Shown: positions 29,754-39,088, numbered from the stretch's first letter. The stretch: 64,000 nucleotides of DNA from an uncultured delta proteobacterium (GCA_963727445.1 CAVSGI010000027.1:160001-224000); one strand, 5' to 3'. The notes: a model not told the origin generated them from the sequence alone. Numbers and translations are program-made.

Positions 29754-31400
29754 ATGCTCCACGCGCTCTCGGATGCCCTCGGCCGGGCCGGTGTCTTCAC
29801 CAAGGCCCTCTGGAAGAAGGGAATGGTGTGGGGCGTCCCCCCCTCCGCCCTTCCGATCGTGGCCAGGCAGCGGCTCAGGGGCGCCCTGGGCCCCGCCAGT
29901 CTGATCCGGATCTCGGCCGCCACTCAGCCCGACCGAGAAGCCATCGTTTCCGAGGAGCGAAGGCTCACCTACCACGATCTCGATCGCCGGGTGGATCGCC
30001 TCGCGGCGGGCCTGTCCCACCATCACGGCCTCAGGCGCGGCGACGCCGCGGTGCTGATGATGCACAACCGCGGTGAGCTGCTCGAAGCGCAGGCCGCGAT
30101 GTCGCGGATCGGGGGCGGCGCGGTCTCGGTGTCGTGGCGCAGCACCGAAGACGAGCTCGATTACCTGATCAACCACTGCGGCGCGCGTGCGGTGATCGTC
30201 GAGAGCAGCGTCGCGGACCGGCTGCTGGCGATCCGCGAGCGGCTACCCCGTGTACCGAAGGAGAACTTCATCGGCGTCGGGCCGAAGCGCGCAGGCCTGG
30301 TCGACTACGAGCACGTGCTCTCGGGTGGCGCGCTACGGGTCGACGAAGCCGCGGAGCCGGGCACCGTGGTCATCTACACCAGCGGGACGACCGGCAAGCC
30401 CAAGGGCGCCGTGCGTCGTTTCCCACGCGAGATGCAGGATGCGGTCTTGCGCCTGCTCCTCGAAACGCCCATCCACCACGACGACCGCCATCTCGTCGTC
30501 TGCCCGATGTACCACTCGACCGCGTTCGGGTTCATCGGCTTCACCATGGCGGTGGGGGGCACCATCGTCATCGCTCCGCGCTTCGAGCCCGAGCTCTTCC
30601 TCGCGCAGATCGAAAAGGAGCGCATCACCACCACCGCGGTGGTCCCGACCATGCTTCACCGGATCCTCGAGCTGCCCCCCGAGGTCACGGGACGGTACGA
30701 CATCAGCAGTCTCCACGCGGTGTTCAGCGGAGGCGCCCCGCTCTCCGGCACCCTCGCGCGGCGCTTCATGGAGCGCTTCGGCGAGGTCCTCTACAACTTC
30801 TACGGAGCGACGGAGACCGGGGTGAACACCCTCGCCACCCCGGGCGAGCTCCTGGCCTCGCCAGGAACCATCGGCCATGCGGTGGACGGCAACGAGATCG
30901 TGCTGCTCGACGACGCGGGCAACGAAGTGAAGCCCGGCGAGACCGGAGAGCTCTGGGTCAGAAACGCGATGCTCGTGGCCGGGTACCACCAGGACGACGC
31001 CGCCACCCGTTCGAGCATGCGAGAGGGGTTCTTCAGCGTCGGCGATCTGGCCCACGTGGACGCGCGCGGGCTCTTCCACATCGACGGCCGCAAGCGGGAC
31101 ATGATCATCAGCGGCGGCGTCAACGTCTACCCCGCCGAAGTCGAAGAGGTGCTGAGCCGCCACCCGGCGGTTGCGGAAGCGGCGGTGATCGGCGTCCCGG
31201 ACGAGGAGTGGGGAGAGCGGGTTCGCGCCTTCGTGCGCCAGAGAGATGGCGACGAGGCGAGCGCCGAAGATCTGATCGCCTTCGCCCGTGAACACCTCGC
31301 CGGGCCCAAGTGCCCCCGGGACGTTATGTTCGTCACCGAGCTACCCAAGAACCCGACGGGCAAGGTTCTCAAGCGCGAGCTGCGGCGCTACGAGGTCTGA
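29754..31400 (+). CDS. Acyl-CoA synthetase (AMP-forming)
   Basis: YTSGTTGKPKG, YGATE, SVGDLA, GRKRDMIISGGVNVYP and LPKNPTGKVLK motifs. Confidence 0.95.
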   Translation: MLHALSDALGRAGVFTKALWKKGMVWGVPPSALPIVARQRLRGALGPASLIRISAATQPDREAIVSEERRLTYHDLDRRVDRLAAGLSHHHGLRRGDAAVLMMHNRGELLEAQAAMSRIGGGAVSVSWRSTEDELDYLINHCGARAVIVESSVADRLLAIRERLPRVPKENFIGVGPKRAGLVDYEHVLSGGALRVDEAAEPGTVVIYTSGTTGKPKGAVRRFPREMQDAVLRLLLETPIHHDDRHLVVCPMYHSTAFGFIGFTMAVGGTIVIAPRFEPELFLAQIEKERITTTAVVPTMLHRILELPPEVTGRYDISSLHAVFSGGAPLSGTLARRFMERFGEVLYNFYGATETGVNTLATPGELLASPGTIGHAVDGNEIVLLDDAGNEVKPGETGELWVRNAMLVAGYHQDDAATRSSMREGFFSVGDLAHVDARGLFHIDGRKRDMIISGGVNVYPAEVEEVLSRHPAVAEAAVIGVPDEEWGERVRAFVRQRDGDEASAEDLIAFAREHLAGPKCPRDVMFVTELPKNPTGKVLKRELRRYEV

Positions 31401-31402
31401 TC

Positions 31403-32173
31403 ATGCGCGACGCGGTCGTGACCGTCGGAAGGCGGACCACCGACATCGTGAAGTACCTCGGCGAGGCGGTCGCCCTCCTGTCCCGCACGCTCGCGCTGGC
31501 GCTCTCCATGCGCAGCCACGGTCTGCGCGTGATCCGGCGCATCCTCACGATGCAGCTCTTCTTCACCGGCACACAGGCCGTCCTCCCGGTCACCATCGCC
31601 TCCATCGCGGTCGGCACCCTCGTGGTCTCACAGGCAACGGAGTATCTGCCCGGCGACTACGTGGTGGGCGTCACCGCCGTGGTCCTGGTGCGAGAGGTCC
31701 TGCCGCTCCTGACCGCCTTCCTCGTCATCGGACGGTCGGGCACGGCGATCACCATCGAGGTCGGCTCCATGAAGCTCGGCGACGAGCTGGCGGCGCTCGA
31801 GATGATGGGCATCCCCTTCGAGCACTTCGTGCTGCTCCCGCGCCTATTGGGCATGGTCATCTCCTTTCAGCTGCTGATCGCCTACGCCTACATCGCGAGC
31901 CTGGCCGGCGGCTACTACGTGTGGTTCGCCATCAGCGAGTCCGCGGCTTCCTTTCCACTGCTCGAGCTGCTGGAGGGGGTCGATTTTCGGGACCTCGCCC
32001 TGTCGGTGCTCAAGGTGACACTCTTCGGGATCGTGGTCGCGGTCACCTCGGTTCAGCATGGGCTGATGGTGCAGTACTCCCGCCGTGAGCTGCCCATCTA
32101 CACCAGTCGGTCGCTGGTGCGCTCGACGCTGCTCTGCGCCATCATCAACACCTTCGTCTCGGTCGTTTCTTGA
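31403..32173 (+). CDS. mlaE: MlaE-family ABC transporter permease
   Basis: VREVLPLLTAFLVIGRSGTAITIEVGSMK...ELAALEMMGIP...LLPRLLG. Confidence 0.85.
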   Translation: MRDAVVTVGRRTTDIVKYLGEAVALLSRTLALALSMRSHGLRVIRRILTMQLFFTGTQAVLPVTIASIAVGTLVVSQATEYLPGDYVVGVTAVVLVREVLPLLTAFLVIGRSGTAITIEVGSMKLGDELAALEMMGIPFEHFVLLPRLLGMVISFQLLIAYAYIASLAGGYYVWFAISESAASFPLLELLEGVDFRDLALSVLKVTLFGIVVAVTSVQHGLMVQYSRRELPIYTSRSLVRSTLLCAIINTFVSVVS

Positions 32174-32176
32174 GCC

Positions 32177-32845
32177 ATGAGCGCGCTGCTCTCTCTGGTC
32201 GACGTCGGACTCGATGTGAACGAGACCCTGTCGTTCGAGGGCGTGAGCTTCGACATCGCCGCCGGTGAGAGTGTGGGGTTGGTGGTGCCGCGCGCGCGCA
32301 CGACGCTGCTGATGGTCGCCGCCGGGCTCCGGACCGCGAGCACTGGCCAGGTCCTGCTCGAGGGCAAGCCCATCGAGGGCGCTTACCGCGACCTCGCGCA
32401 CGAGGCGACCACCGGCTTCGTCTTCCAGAACGGGGGGCTGCTCGAGAACACGACCATCGCCGACAACGTCGCCCTGCCCCTGCGCTACCACACGAGCTTG
32501 AGCGACGCCGCCATCGCAGAACGCGTCGATGCCGCTTTGACGGAGGTGGGGCTCAAGAACGACGGGTGGCGGCTCCCCTATCAAATCCCCCGCGGCAGCC
32601 AGCGTCTCGCATCACTCGCGCGGGCGCTCGCGGTCGAGCCGGCGCTGGTCTTCGTCGACGACCTCCACCACGGAGCCACGGTCGAGATCTGGGAGCGCTT
32701 CGTCGCGGTGATGCAGCGCGCGCGTGCCCGCTGGAACACGGCGTTCCTCTCCGCGCTGGCCGTCGCGCGCACGCCCCCGGCAGGCGTCGACCGCCTGGTC
32801 CACGCCGCGCCGATCGCGCACCCCGCCGCCGTCACTCCCGAGTGA
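32177..32845 (+). CDS. MlaF-like ABC ATP-binding protein with degenerate catalytic motifs
   Basis: Q-loop GFVFQNGGLL and TIADNVALPLRYH are retained; Walker A, signature and Walker B are degenerate. Confidence 0.75.
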   Translation: MSALLSLVDVGLDVNETLSFEGVSFDIAAGESVGLVVPRARTTLLMVAAGLRTASTGQVLLEGKPIEGAYRDLAHEATTGFVFQNGGLLENTTIADNVALPLRYHTSLSDAAIAERVDAALTEVGLKNDGWRLPYQIPRGSQRLASLARALAVEPALVFVDDLHHGATVEIWERFVAVMQRARARWNTAFLSALAVARTPPAGVDRLVHAAPIAHPAAVTPE

Positions 32846-33821
32846 GTCGTAGCGCCATCTCGATCGCCGCGATCATGCCTCTGGCGTCGGCCTCGCCGTG
32901 CGCCGCGGCGTCGTACGCCACGCCGTGGTCGACGCTCGTGCGGACGAACGGCAAGCCCCAGGTCACGTTGACCGACTCCCCCCAGTCCACGAGCTTGGCA
33001 GCGATCGTCGCTTGATCGTGCATCATCGCGACCACGCCGGCCACGTGCCCGTCGGCGGCGAGACGGAACGCGGTCTCGGCGCCGATGGGTCCGGAGAGCT
33101 TCGCCTCGCCGCCGACGAAAGGCGCCTCGCGCCGCGCCGCCGCGATCCCCACCGCGATCACCCGTGGCTCCTCGTCACCGAAGAGGCCGCCCTCCCCCGC
33201 GTGCGGATTGAGGCTCGCCACCACCAGCTCCGGCGACTCGGCCCCCAACCGGAGGAGCGCCTCGGCGAGGTGGCGGCTCGTGCGCGCCACGCGCTCGGGC
33301 GTGATCAGGTCGGGAACGTCGCGAACGGCGTGGTGGGTCGTCACCAGCCCGGTGCGGAGCCGCGGCCCGAGGAAGAGCATGGTGACCGCGTCCGGCGCGA
33401 GCTCGGCGAGGCCCGCCAGGTGCTCGGTCTGCCCGCGGAAGTGCGCGCCGGTGCGGCTGATCGCCTCCTTGCTCGTCGGCCCGGTGACGAGCGCACGAGC
33501 GCCGTCGCTCGAGACGAAGCGCGCTGCGGCCTCGAGCGCCGCGAGCTGGACCCGTCCAGCAGCCTCGCTGGGTGCGTGAAGGCGACGCTCGGCCACCGGG
33601 CATCGGCCGACGTCGATCAACGCGATGCCCTCGTCCGGTGTGCGCTCGGCAGCGGTGACCACGGTGCACCCGATCCCCTCCTCCGCCGCGATCTCCACGA
33701 GCTGCTCGGCGTCTCCGAAGAGGACGAAGCGGACGTCGGGGCGGCGCGAAGCGGCCCGGAGGGAAATCCAGGGCCCGACGCCCGAGGGGTCCCCGACGGA
33801 GATGGCGACGGGGCGCGTCAC
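32832..33821 (-). CDS. pdxA: 4-hydroxythreonine-4-phosphate dehydrogenase
   Basis: ISVGDPSGVGP, LVTGPTSK, LNPHAGEGGLFGDEE, MMHDQ and GLPFVRTSVDHG motifs. Confidence 0.93.
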   Translation of the reverse strand: MTRPVAISVGDPSGVGPWISLRAASRRPDVRFVLFGDAEQLVEIAAEEGIGCTVVTAAERTPDEGIALIDVGRCPVAERRLHAPSEAAGRVQLAALEAAARFVSSDGARALVTGPTSKEAISRTGAHFRGQTEHLAGLAELAPDAVTMLFLGPRLRTGLVTTHHAVRDVPDLITPERVARTSRHLAEALLRLGAESPELVVASLNPHAGEGGLFGDEEPRVIAVGIAAARREAPFVGGEAKLSGPIGAETAFRLAADGHVAGVVAMMHDQATIAAKLVDWGESVNVTWGLPFVRTSVDHGVAYDAAAHGEADARGMIAAIEMALRLTRE

Positions 33822-34495
33822 GGCATCTTCATCTTGTAGCCCACGCCGCGCACGGTCTGGATCGGCTCGGAGGCTGCGCCGAGCTTCATGCGAAGCCTGC
33901 GCACGTGGATGTCCACGGTGCGACTGCCGCCGTAGTAGTCGACGCCCCAGACCCGCGACAGCAGCTGGTCGCGGGTGTAGACGCGCCCGCGGTTCTGCGC
34001 GAGGAACGACAGCAGGGCGAACTCCTGATGCGTCAGCTCGATGGGACGTGCTTCGACGCTGACCTCGTGGGCGGCCAGATCAATCTCCATGGGTCCGATC
34101 TTGATGCGCTCGGTCGCCGAGAACTCGCTGCGGCTCCACTCCGCTCGCCGGACGCGGAGATAGAGCTCCGCCGGCAGGTAGGGCACGAGCACGAAGTCGT
34201 CGAAGGCGTCCCGCGAGTCCACCCGGCTCATCCCGGAGACCGTGACCGCGAGGAGCACCGGAACCGCTTCGAGAGCCTGCACCGCCCGCACCCGACCGAG
34301 GGCCGCCCGGCCGGCGTCGACCTCGTCGAGGGCTTCGACGAGGATGGCGGTCGGTGGATCGGCCGCGAGCGCCCGCTCGTCGAAGCCGTCCCAGAGGTCG
34401 TTGGTCTGGACCCGGCACCCGAGGTCGCGGAGGGTCGCGAGCGCACCGTCGGCGCGGCCCCACTCCGTCTCGCGCCCGATGACCAGGATCCACAT
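33818..34495 (-). CDS. OmpR-family winged-helix regulator with atypical (GlnR-like) receiver
   Basis: C-terminal LTHQEFALLSFLAQNRGRVYTRDQLLSRVWGVDYYGGSRTVDIHVRRLR; the receiver lacks the acidic pocket. Confidence 0.88.
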   Translation of the reverse strand: MWILVIGRETEWGRADGALATLRDLGCRVQTNDLWDGFDERALAADPPTAILVEALDEVDAGRAALGRVRAVQALEAVPVLLAVTVSGMSRVDSRDAFDDFVLVPYLPAELYLRVRRAEWSRSEFSATERIKIGPMEIDLAAHEVSVEARPIELTHQEFALLSFLAQNRGRVYTRDQLLSRVWGVDYYGGSRTVDIHVRRLRMKLGAASEPIQTVRGVGYKMKMP

Positions 34496-34595
34496 GGAGG
34501 GGTGCGGGATAGCGGACCTCGGGTCCGAGGTCCACGAGGCGCTCACAAACCCGCGCCGATGCGGGACTTTTCGGAGGAGCACCTGGCCCCACACC

Positions 34596-34625
34596 TTGAC
34601 CACTGCTTCGGCCGATTGGTACCGT
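34596..34625 (+). promoter_or_regulatory. Putative sigma70 promoter TTGACC-N18-TACCGT (TGn-extended)
   Basis: Read directly upstream of the GAF gene. Confidence 0.55.
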
Positions 34626-34696
34626 TCGGCTTCCCGAAGGGTCTGGAGGACCAAGCCCCCAAAGGCGGCCCGGTAGGGGAAGCGGAAGAGGCGACC

Positions 34697-36499
34697 TTGG
34701 CAACGAAGACGTGGCGACTCGTCGTCACCGAGCTGGGAGGCTCGGCACCTCTCTCGGATGTGAGCATCGAGGCGACCAATTGGATGGCCGCCGTGAAAGC
34801 AGGCCGAGCTGCGATCGGTGAGGAAGGCGGCGTGCCCACGGGAGCGAGCTGCGCCGTCGCTCCGGATGGCAAGGTCACGATTCACGATCCGGTGGCCCGC
34901 AAGACCTACGTCCTGACACCTGGAGCCAAGGTGGCCGACGACGCCCCGAAGGCGGCGCCCGCCGCTCCCGCCGCACAGCCGGCCCCTCCCACCGCTGCCG
35001 CCGCGCAGCCAGCGGCGCCCGCCGCTCCCGCATCGGCCGACGCCGCGCCGGCGTCGAGCAAGAAGAAGAAGCTCTCCACCAAGACCGTCGCCTACAACAT
35101 CAACGAGCAGGGTCCCATCGCTCCACCTCAGGCGGCGCCCGCCCCCGCTCAACCGGCGCCCGCCGCCGCGCCGCCGGCGCCCGCCGCGCCACAACCCGCG
35201 CCGGCCGCGCAGCCCGCGCCGGCCGCGCAGCCCGCGCCCGCCGCTTCGGCGCCCGTGCCGGCACCCGCACCGAGCAAGAAGAAGAAGCTCAAGACCAAGA
35301 CCGTCGCCTACAACATCAACGAGCAGGGACCCATCGTTCCGCCCCAGGCGGCTGCGCCCGCAGCGGCGGCCGCGCCGGCCGCGGCTCCCTCAGCCGAGCC
35401 CGAGCTCGAGCTCCTCGCCGAGCGCGGAGAGGATCCGTCCGACAAGAGCCCGCTCCACTACCGCGAGAAGATCTTCGTGGCGCCACCTGGTCTGGACCTG
35501 GAGATCGCCGAGGGCCTGATCCGAACGCGCTTCGGGATGCTGCGCGCGGAGCTGGACGACAAGCCGCCCGGCAAGTTCTTCAACCTGGCGGTCTTCGATC
35601 ATCGCTGGCAGGGGCGTCCGAGTCGTCCGCCCGTGGTCACCCTGCAGTGGAAGGATTGGCGTGGCGAACCGATGGTGGCGTTCCCCGCCCGTGATGGGGC
35701 CGCCCAGACCGCGCCCGCCTCCCAACCGGCGCCCGCGCCCGCGCAGCCCGCTTCGCAGCCGCCGCCCGCCGCCCAGCCTGCGCCCCCGCCAGAGCCCGCT
35801 GCGCCCGCGCCCCCTACGCGACCGGCTGCCACGCCACCTGCACCCGAGCCTGTGCCTGCGCCGCAAGCCGCGCCGACGCCGGCGGCCGCCGCGCCCGCGC
35901 CCGCGCCACCCCAGAACCCGGCCCCTTCCCCCGCGCCACAGCAGAAGCGAACGCGCGTTCCAACCGACGAGCAGGACATCCGCCTCGCCAAGGCCTTCGA
36001 GGCGTCGCAGGATCTCTTCTTCCTCAGCACCCCCGTCGAGGGCTTGGAGTTCGCGATGCGGCTCCTCAGCGAGCTCGTCCCCTGCGAGGCGACGAGCGCC
36101 TGCCTCTACGACATCAACACCGACGAGTTCCGCTTCGTCACGCTGAGCGGGCCGGGCGCCGAGGCGCGACAAGGCGAGGCGGTCCCCAACAACACCGGCC
36201 TCTTCGGCGTCGCGGCGCACCGCGTGGGTCAGGTGCTCAACGTCGAGGACGCCACCTCCGACGAGCGCTTCGATCCCGGCGTCGACGGACGCGTGGGCTT
36301 GACCGCGCGAAGCCTCCTCTACATGCCCCTCAACCACCAAGGCCAGCTCTTCGGCATGGTGCAGCTGATCAACCGCGACAATCGTCCGGCGTTCACCACC
36401 GCCGACGGAGACGTCACCGCCTATGTCGGCAAGCAGCTGGGCGAGTTCCTTCAGCAGGCCCGCATGAGCGTCGACAACCTCCGACGCCAGTCCGGCTGA
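34697..36499 (+). CDS. GAF-domain protein with long Pro/Ala-rich linkers
   Basis: TTG start; C-terminal GAF (SACLYD...GLFG...LNVEDATSDERFDPGVD...SLLYMPL...FGMVQLINR...FTTAD). Confidence 0.85.
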   Translation: MATKTWRLVVTELGGSAPLSDVSIEATNWMAAVKAGRAAIGEEGGVPTGASCAVAPDGKVTIHDPVARKTYVLTPGAKVADDAPKAAPAAPAAQPAPPTAAAAQPAAPAAPASADAAPASSKKKKLSTKTVAYNINEQGPIAPPQAAPAPAQPAPAAAPPAPAAPQPAPAAQPAPAAQPAPAASAPVPAPAPSKKKKLKTKTVAYNINEQGPIVPPQAAAPAAAAAPAAAPSAEPELELLAERGEDPSDKSPLHYREKIFVAPPGLDLEIAEGLIRTRFGMLRAELDDKPPGKFFNLAVFDHRWQGRPSRPPVVTLQWKDWRGEPMVAFPARDGAAQTAPASQPAPAPAQPASQPPPAAQPAPPPEPAAPAPPTRPAATPPAPEPVPAPQAAPTPAAAAPAPAPPQNPAPSPAPQQKRTRVPTDEQDIRLAKAFEASQDLFFLSTPVEGLEFAMRLLSELVPCEATSACLYDINTDEFRFVTLSGPGAEARQGEAVPNNTGLFGVAAHRVGQVLNVEDATSDERFDPGVDGRVGLTARSLLYMPLNHQGQLFGMVQLINRDNRPAFTTADGDVTAYVGKQLGEFLQQARMSVDNLRRQSG

Positions 36500-36514
36500 A
36501 GCGGATCGACGCGA

Positions 36515-37024
36515 TCAGTGCGCGCGCTGGCGGAGCAGCTGGCGCACCTGCTGCTCGATCGTGCGCTCGTCGCCCGAGCGGAAGCCTTCGTGGACGTGGC
36601 GAACGACGCCGCGTCGATCGACGATGTAGGACGAAGGCATGCGGGGCGGATCGTAGCGCCCGGCGACCTCGTGATCCTCGTCGATGACCACCGGGAAATC
36701 GACAGGCGTGCGGCGGAGGAAGCCGCGGGCGTTGCGCGCCCGGGTGTCCTGACTCACGCCCACCACGACCAGCCCCGCGTCCTTGTATCGCTCGTAGAGC
36801 CGATTGAGCACCGGCAGCTCCTCGCGACAGGGCCCGCACCAGCTGGCCCAGAAGTCGACGATCACCACCTTGCCCCTGAGGTCGCGCATCCGGACCTGGT
36901 TCCCGTCGAGCGACTCGAGGCCGATCTCCGGGGCGCGGGAGCCGGTGCTCAGCGCCGAGCTGGCGACCGAGAAGCTGGCGAGGGCGAACGCGAGGGCGAA
37001 GAGGATGAAACGGGGAGCGCGCAT
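36515..37024 (-). CDS. TlpA-family thiol-disulfide oxidoreductase
   Basis: Signal peptide; GKVVIVDFWASWCGPCREELP and MPSSYIVDRRG. Confidence 0.92.
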   Translation of the reverse strand: MRAPRFILFALAFALASFSVASSALSTGSRAPEIGLESLDGNQVRMRDLRGKVVIVDFWASWCGPCREELPVLNRLYERYKDAGLVVVGVSQDTRARNARGFLRRTPVDFPVVIDEDHEVAGRYDPPRMPSSYIVDRRGVVRHVHEGFRSGDERTIEQQVRQLLRQRAH

Positions 37025-37056
37025 GGGTTCTTTGGACGTGGCAAAAGGCTGGGGAT

Positions 37057-37953
37057 TCACTGGTCGAGCTCTTCCTGAATATAGGCGGGAAGCGTCCGAG
37101 GTCCTTCGGGAAATCGGCGACCGTTCACGAAGATGGAGGGGGTGCCCGTGATCTCGAGCTCACGACCGATGGCGCGGCTTTCTTCGATGCGGCGCTGGGT
37201 CTCCTCGGAGGCCATGTCGGCCCGGAAGCGCTCCATGTCCAGCCCGATCTGCTCCGCGTAGTGCTCGAGATCCTCGTTCTCGAGGGCACGCTGGTTGTCG
37301 AAGAGCATGTCGTGCATCTCCCAGAACTTGCCCTGGTTCTGCGCCGCGATCGACGCCCGGGCGGCGGGCTGTGAGTGCTCGTGACCGTCGAGGGGGTACT
37401 GCATGAAGATGAGCTTCACCCGCCCTTCGTACTCGTCCAGGAGTCGGTGCAGGATTGGCGCCGTCATGCCGCAGTAGGGGCACTCGAAGTCGCTGAACTC
37501 GACGATGGTGATCGGCGCCATGGGTGCGCCGCGCACCGGAGCTCCCTCGGTGTCGATCTCGAGGACCTCGTCCCGGCCATAGCGCATCCGGTAGTTTTCC
37601 TCGATCTCGGCCTTCTCCAGCCCCTCGGTGACCAGCCGGACCACGTAGCGCGCGGCGGGAACGCACTGGCGACACTCGCGGTGCTCTTGAACGCAGCGCG
37701 CCACGCTCACGGGCTCACCGCAGGGCGAGAGCAGGTCGTTGACGAGGTCACGAAAGACTCGCTTTTCCGAGCGGGTCAGGTCGGAGATGTCGACTGCATC
37801 GAGCTCCTCGATCTGCTCGCCCCCTGTGGATTCCTCCCCACTCGGGACGATCTCGGAGCCCTGGCTCTGGCCGTCGTCGTCGTTGCAGCTGGCACCGAGA
37901 GAGACCGCCGCGAGGAGAGCCACGGGGACCCAGAGGGTGAGCGGGCGTCGCAT
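37057..37953 (-). CDS. DsbA/Com1-like thioredoxin lipoprotein
   Basis: Lipobox LGASC; extra Cys-rich segment (LSPCG...CVQ...CRQC); EFSDFECPYC, GKFWEMHDMLF and GTPSIFVNG. Confidence 0.9.
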   Translation of the reverse strand: MRRPLTLWVPVALLAAVSLGASCNDDDGQSQGSEIVPSGEESTGGEQIEELDAVDISDLTRSEKRVFRDLVNDLLSPCGEPVSVARCVQEHRECRQCVPAARYVVRLVTEGLEKAEIEENYRMRYGRDEVLEIDTEGAPVRGAPMAPITIVEFSDFECPYCGMTAPILHRLLDEYEGRVKLIFMQYPLDGHEHSQPAARASIAAQNQGKFWEMHDMLFDNQRALENEDLEHYAEQIGLDMERFRADMASEETQRRIEESRAIGRELEITGTPSIFVNGRRFPEGPRTLPAYIQEELDQ

Positions 37954-38033
37954 CGTGCGCGGACTCTAGCCCGAAAAAGGCGAAGGGTCACGGGCAACCC
38001 AGCCTCCTTTGTGGACCCCTTTTTCGCGCTGGC

Positions 38034-38837
38034 TCAGAGCGGAAGCGGCGCGCCCGCGAGGATCCAATGAGAAAGGGTGGAGATCTCGCCGTGGGACAGA
38101 GCCGGGCCCGACTCCGGGGGAGGCATCCAATCGCCGAGGACGTGGGGGTCGCCGAGCACTTTGTAGATGAGGAGGCTCCCGTCTGGCCGCCCCACCCCGC
38201 CCACGACGTCGATGATGTCGAGAGCTCCGAAGAAGACGCTGCCGCGATCCGCTTCGAGGGTCTCCCCGCCCGCCCGGGGGGAGCGGCGTCCGATGGCGGT
38301 GAGCCGGATCCGCTCCGGCGAAGAGAGGTCGAGACCGAAGGGCGAATCGGGACCGACGTGACATCCGGACAGGGCGCATCGGCCCGTGAAGATGGGCGCG
38401 ACCTCCGCCCACGTGGCCGACGGGGGGACCGGAGCGTCGGTCCGGGCGCCGGTGCGGAAGCGAACGAGGTACTCGGTCTCGATCTGACGGTCCTCCAAAT
38501 CGCGCACGCCATCGACGCTGAATCGGTAGACCACCTCGGGAGCCAGGGGCGCATCCTCGAAGCTCGTGGCCACGATCACGGAGTCCACGGGATCGAAGCG
38601 CACGCTCAGCCGCTGGTCCACGCCGCCGGAACGCAGCCGCACCGTCCCGGGGTTCACCGTGCGCGGCAGAAGGCGCCGATCGACGAAAGCGAGGAGCTCG
38701 GGCAGACGGGAGACATCGGTATCGCCATCGAGCGGATCGGAGGAGATGACGACAGGAGCATCTCCAGCCGGCCGCTCAGGCGGAATGTCGCAAGCGAAGA
38801 GGGCGAGCAGCGAGAGGAGAGCCGCGCGGCGGCTCAG
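38034..38837 (-). CDS. Lipoprotein with Ig-like (Big_5-type) domain and CX4CH heme-like motif (start uncertain)
   Basis: Lipobox LFAC; VISSDPLDGDTDV Ig-like start; IFTGRCALSGCH...WMPP...LSHWILAGA. Confidence 0.7.
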   Translation of the reverse strand: MSRRAALLSLLALFACDIPPERPAGDAPVVISSDPLDGDTDVSRLPELLAFVDRRLLPRTVNPGTVRLRSGGVDQRLSVRFDPVDSVIVATSFEDAPLAPEVVYRFSVDGVRDLEDRQIETEYLVRFRTGARTDAPVPPSATWAEVAPIFTGRCALSGCHVGPDSPFGLDLSSPERIRLTAIGRRSPRAGGETLEADRGSVFFGALDIIDVVGGVGRPDGSLLIYKVLGDPHVLGDWMPPPESGPALSHGEISTLSHWILAGAPLPL

Positions 38838-39088
38838 GACTCGGAGTAGGTGTTGAGCTGCTCGCGAATGATGTCTTCGCTGATGCCGGAGCGGATGGAC
38901 TCCTTCAAACAATCGGCCACCACGATGAGGAAGTCTTCGACACCCTTGTCCTCGATCAAGCGGGAGAGGAGCATACGAGCCTCGCGGCTGTCGTCATCCC
39001 TCAAGAACTGTCTCACCTGTTCGATGGTGATATCGCCCTGGAAGTCGATGATGGCGTGATTCAGAAGATAGCGGGCAAGCTCCCTCAC
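38834..39088 (-). CDS. Small hypothetical helical protein (84 aa)
   Basis: GGAGGA RBS and GTG at 39088; normal globular composition, unlike the shadow extension in the ORF track. Confidence 0.75.
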   Translation of the reverse strand: MRELARYLLNHAIIDFQGDITIEQVRQFLRDDDSREARMLLSRLIEDKGVEDFLIVVADCLKESIRSGISEDIIREQLNTYSES

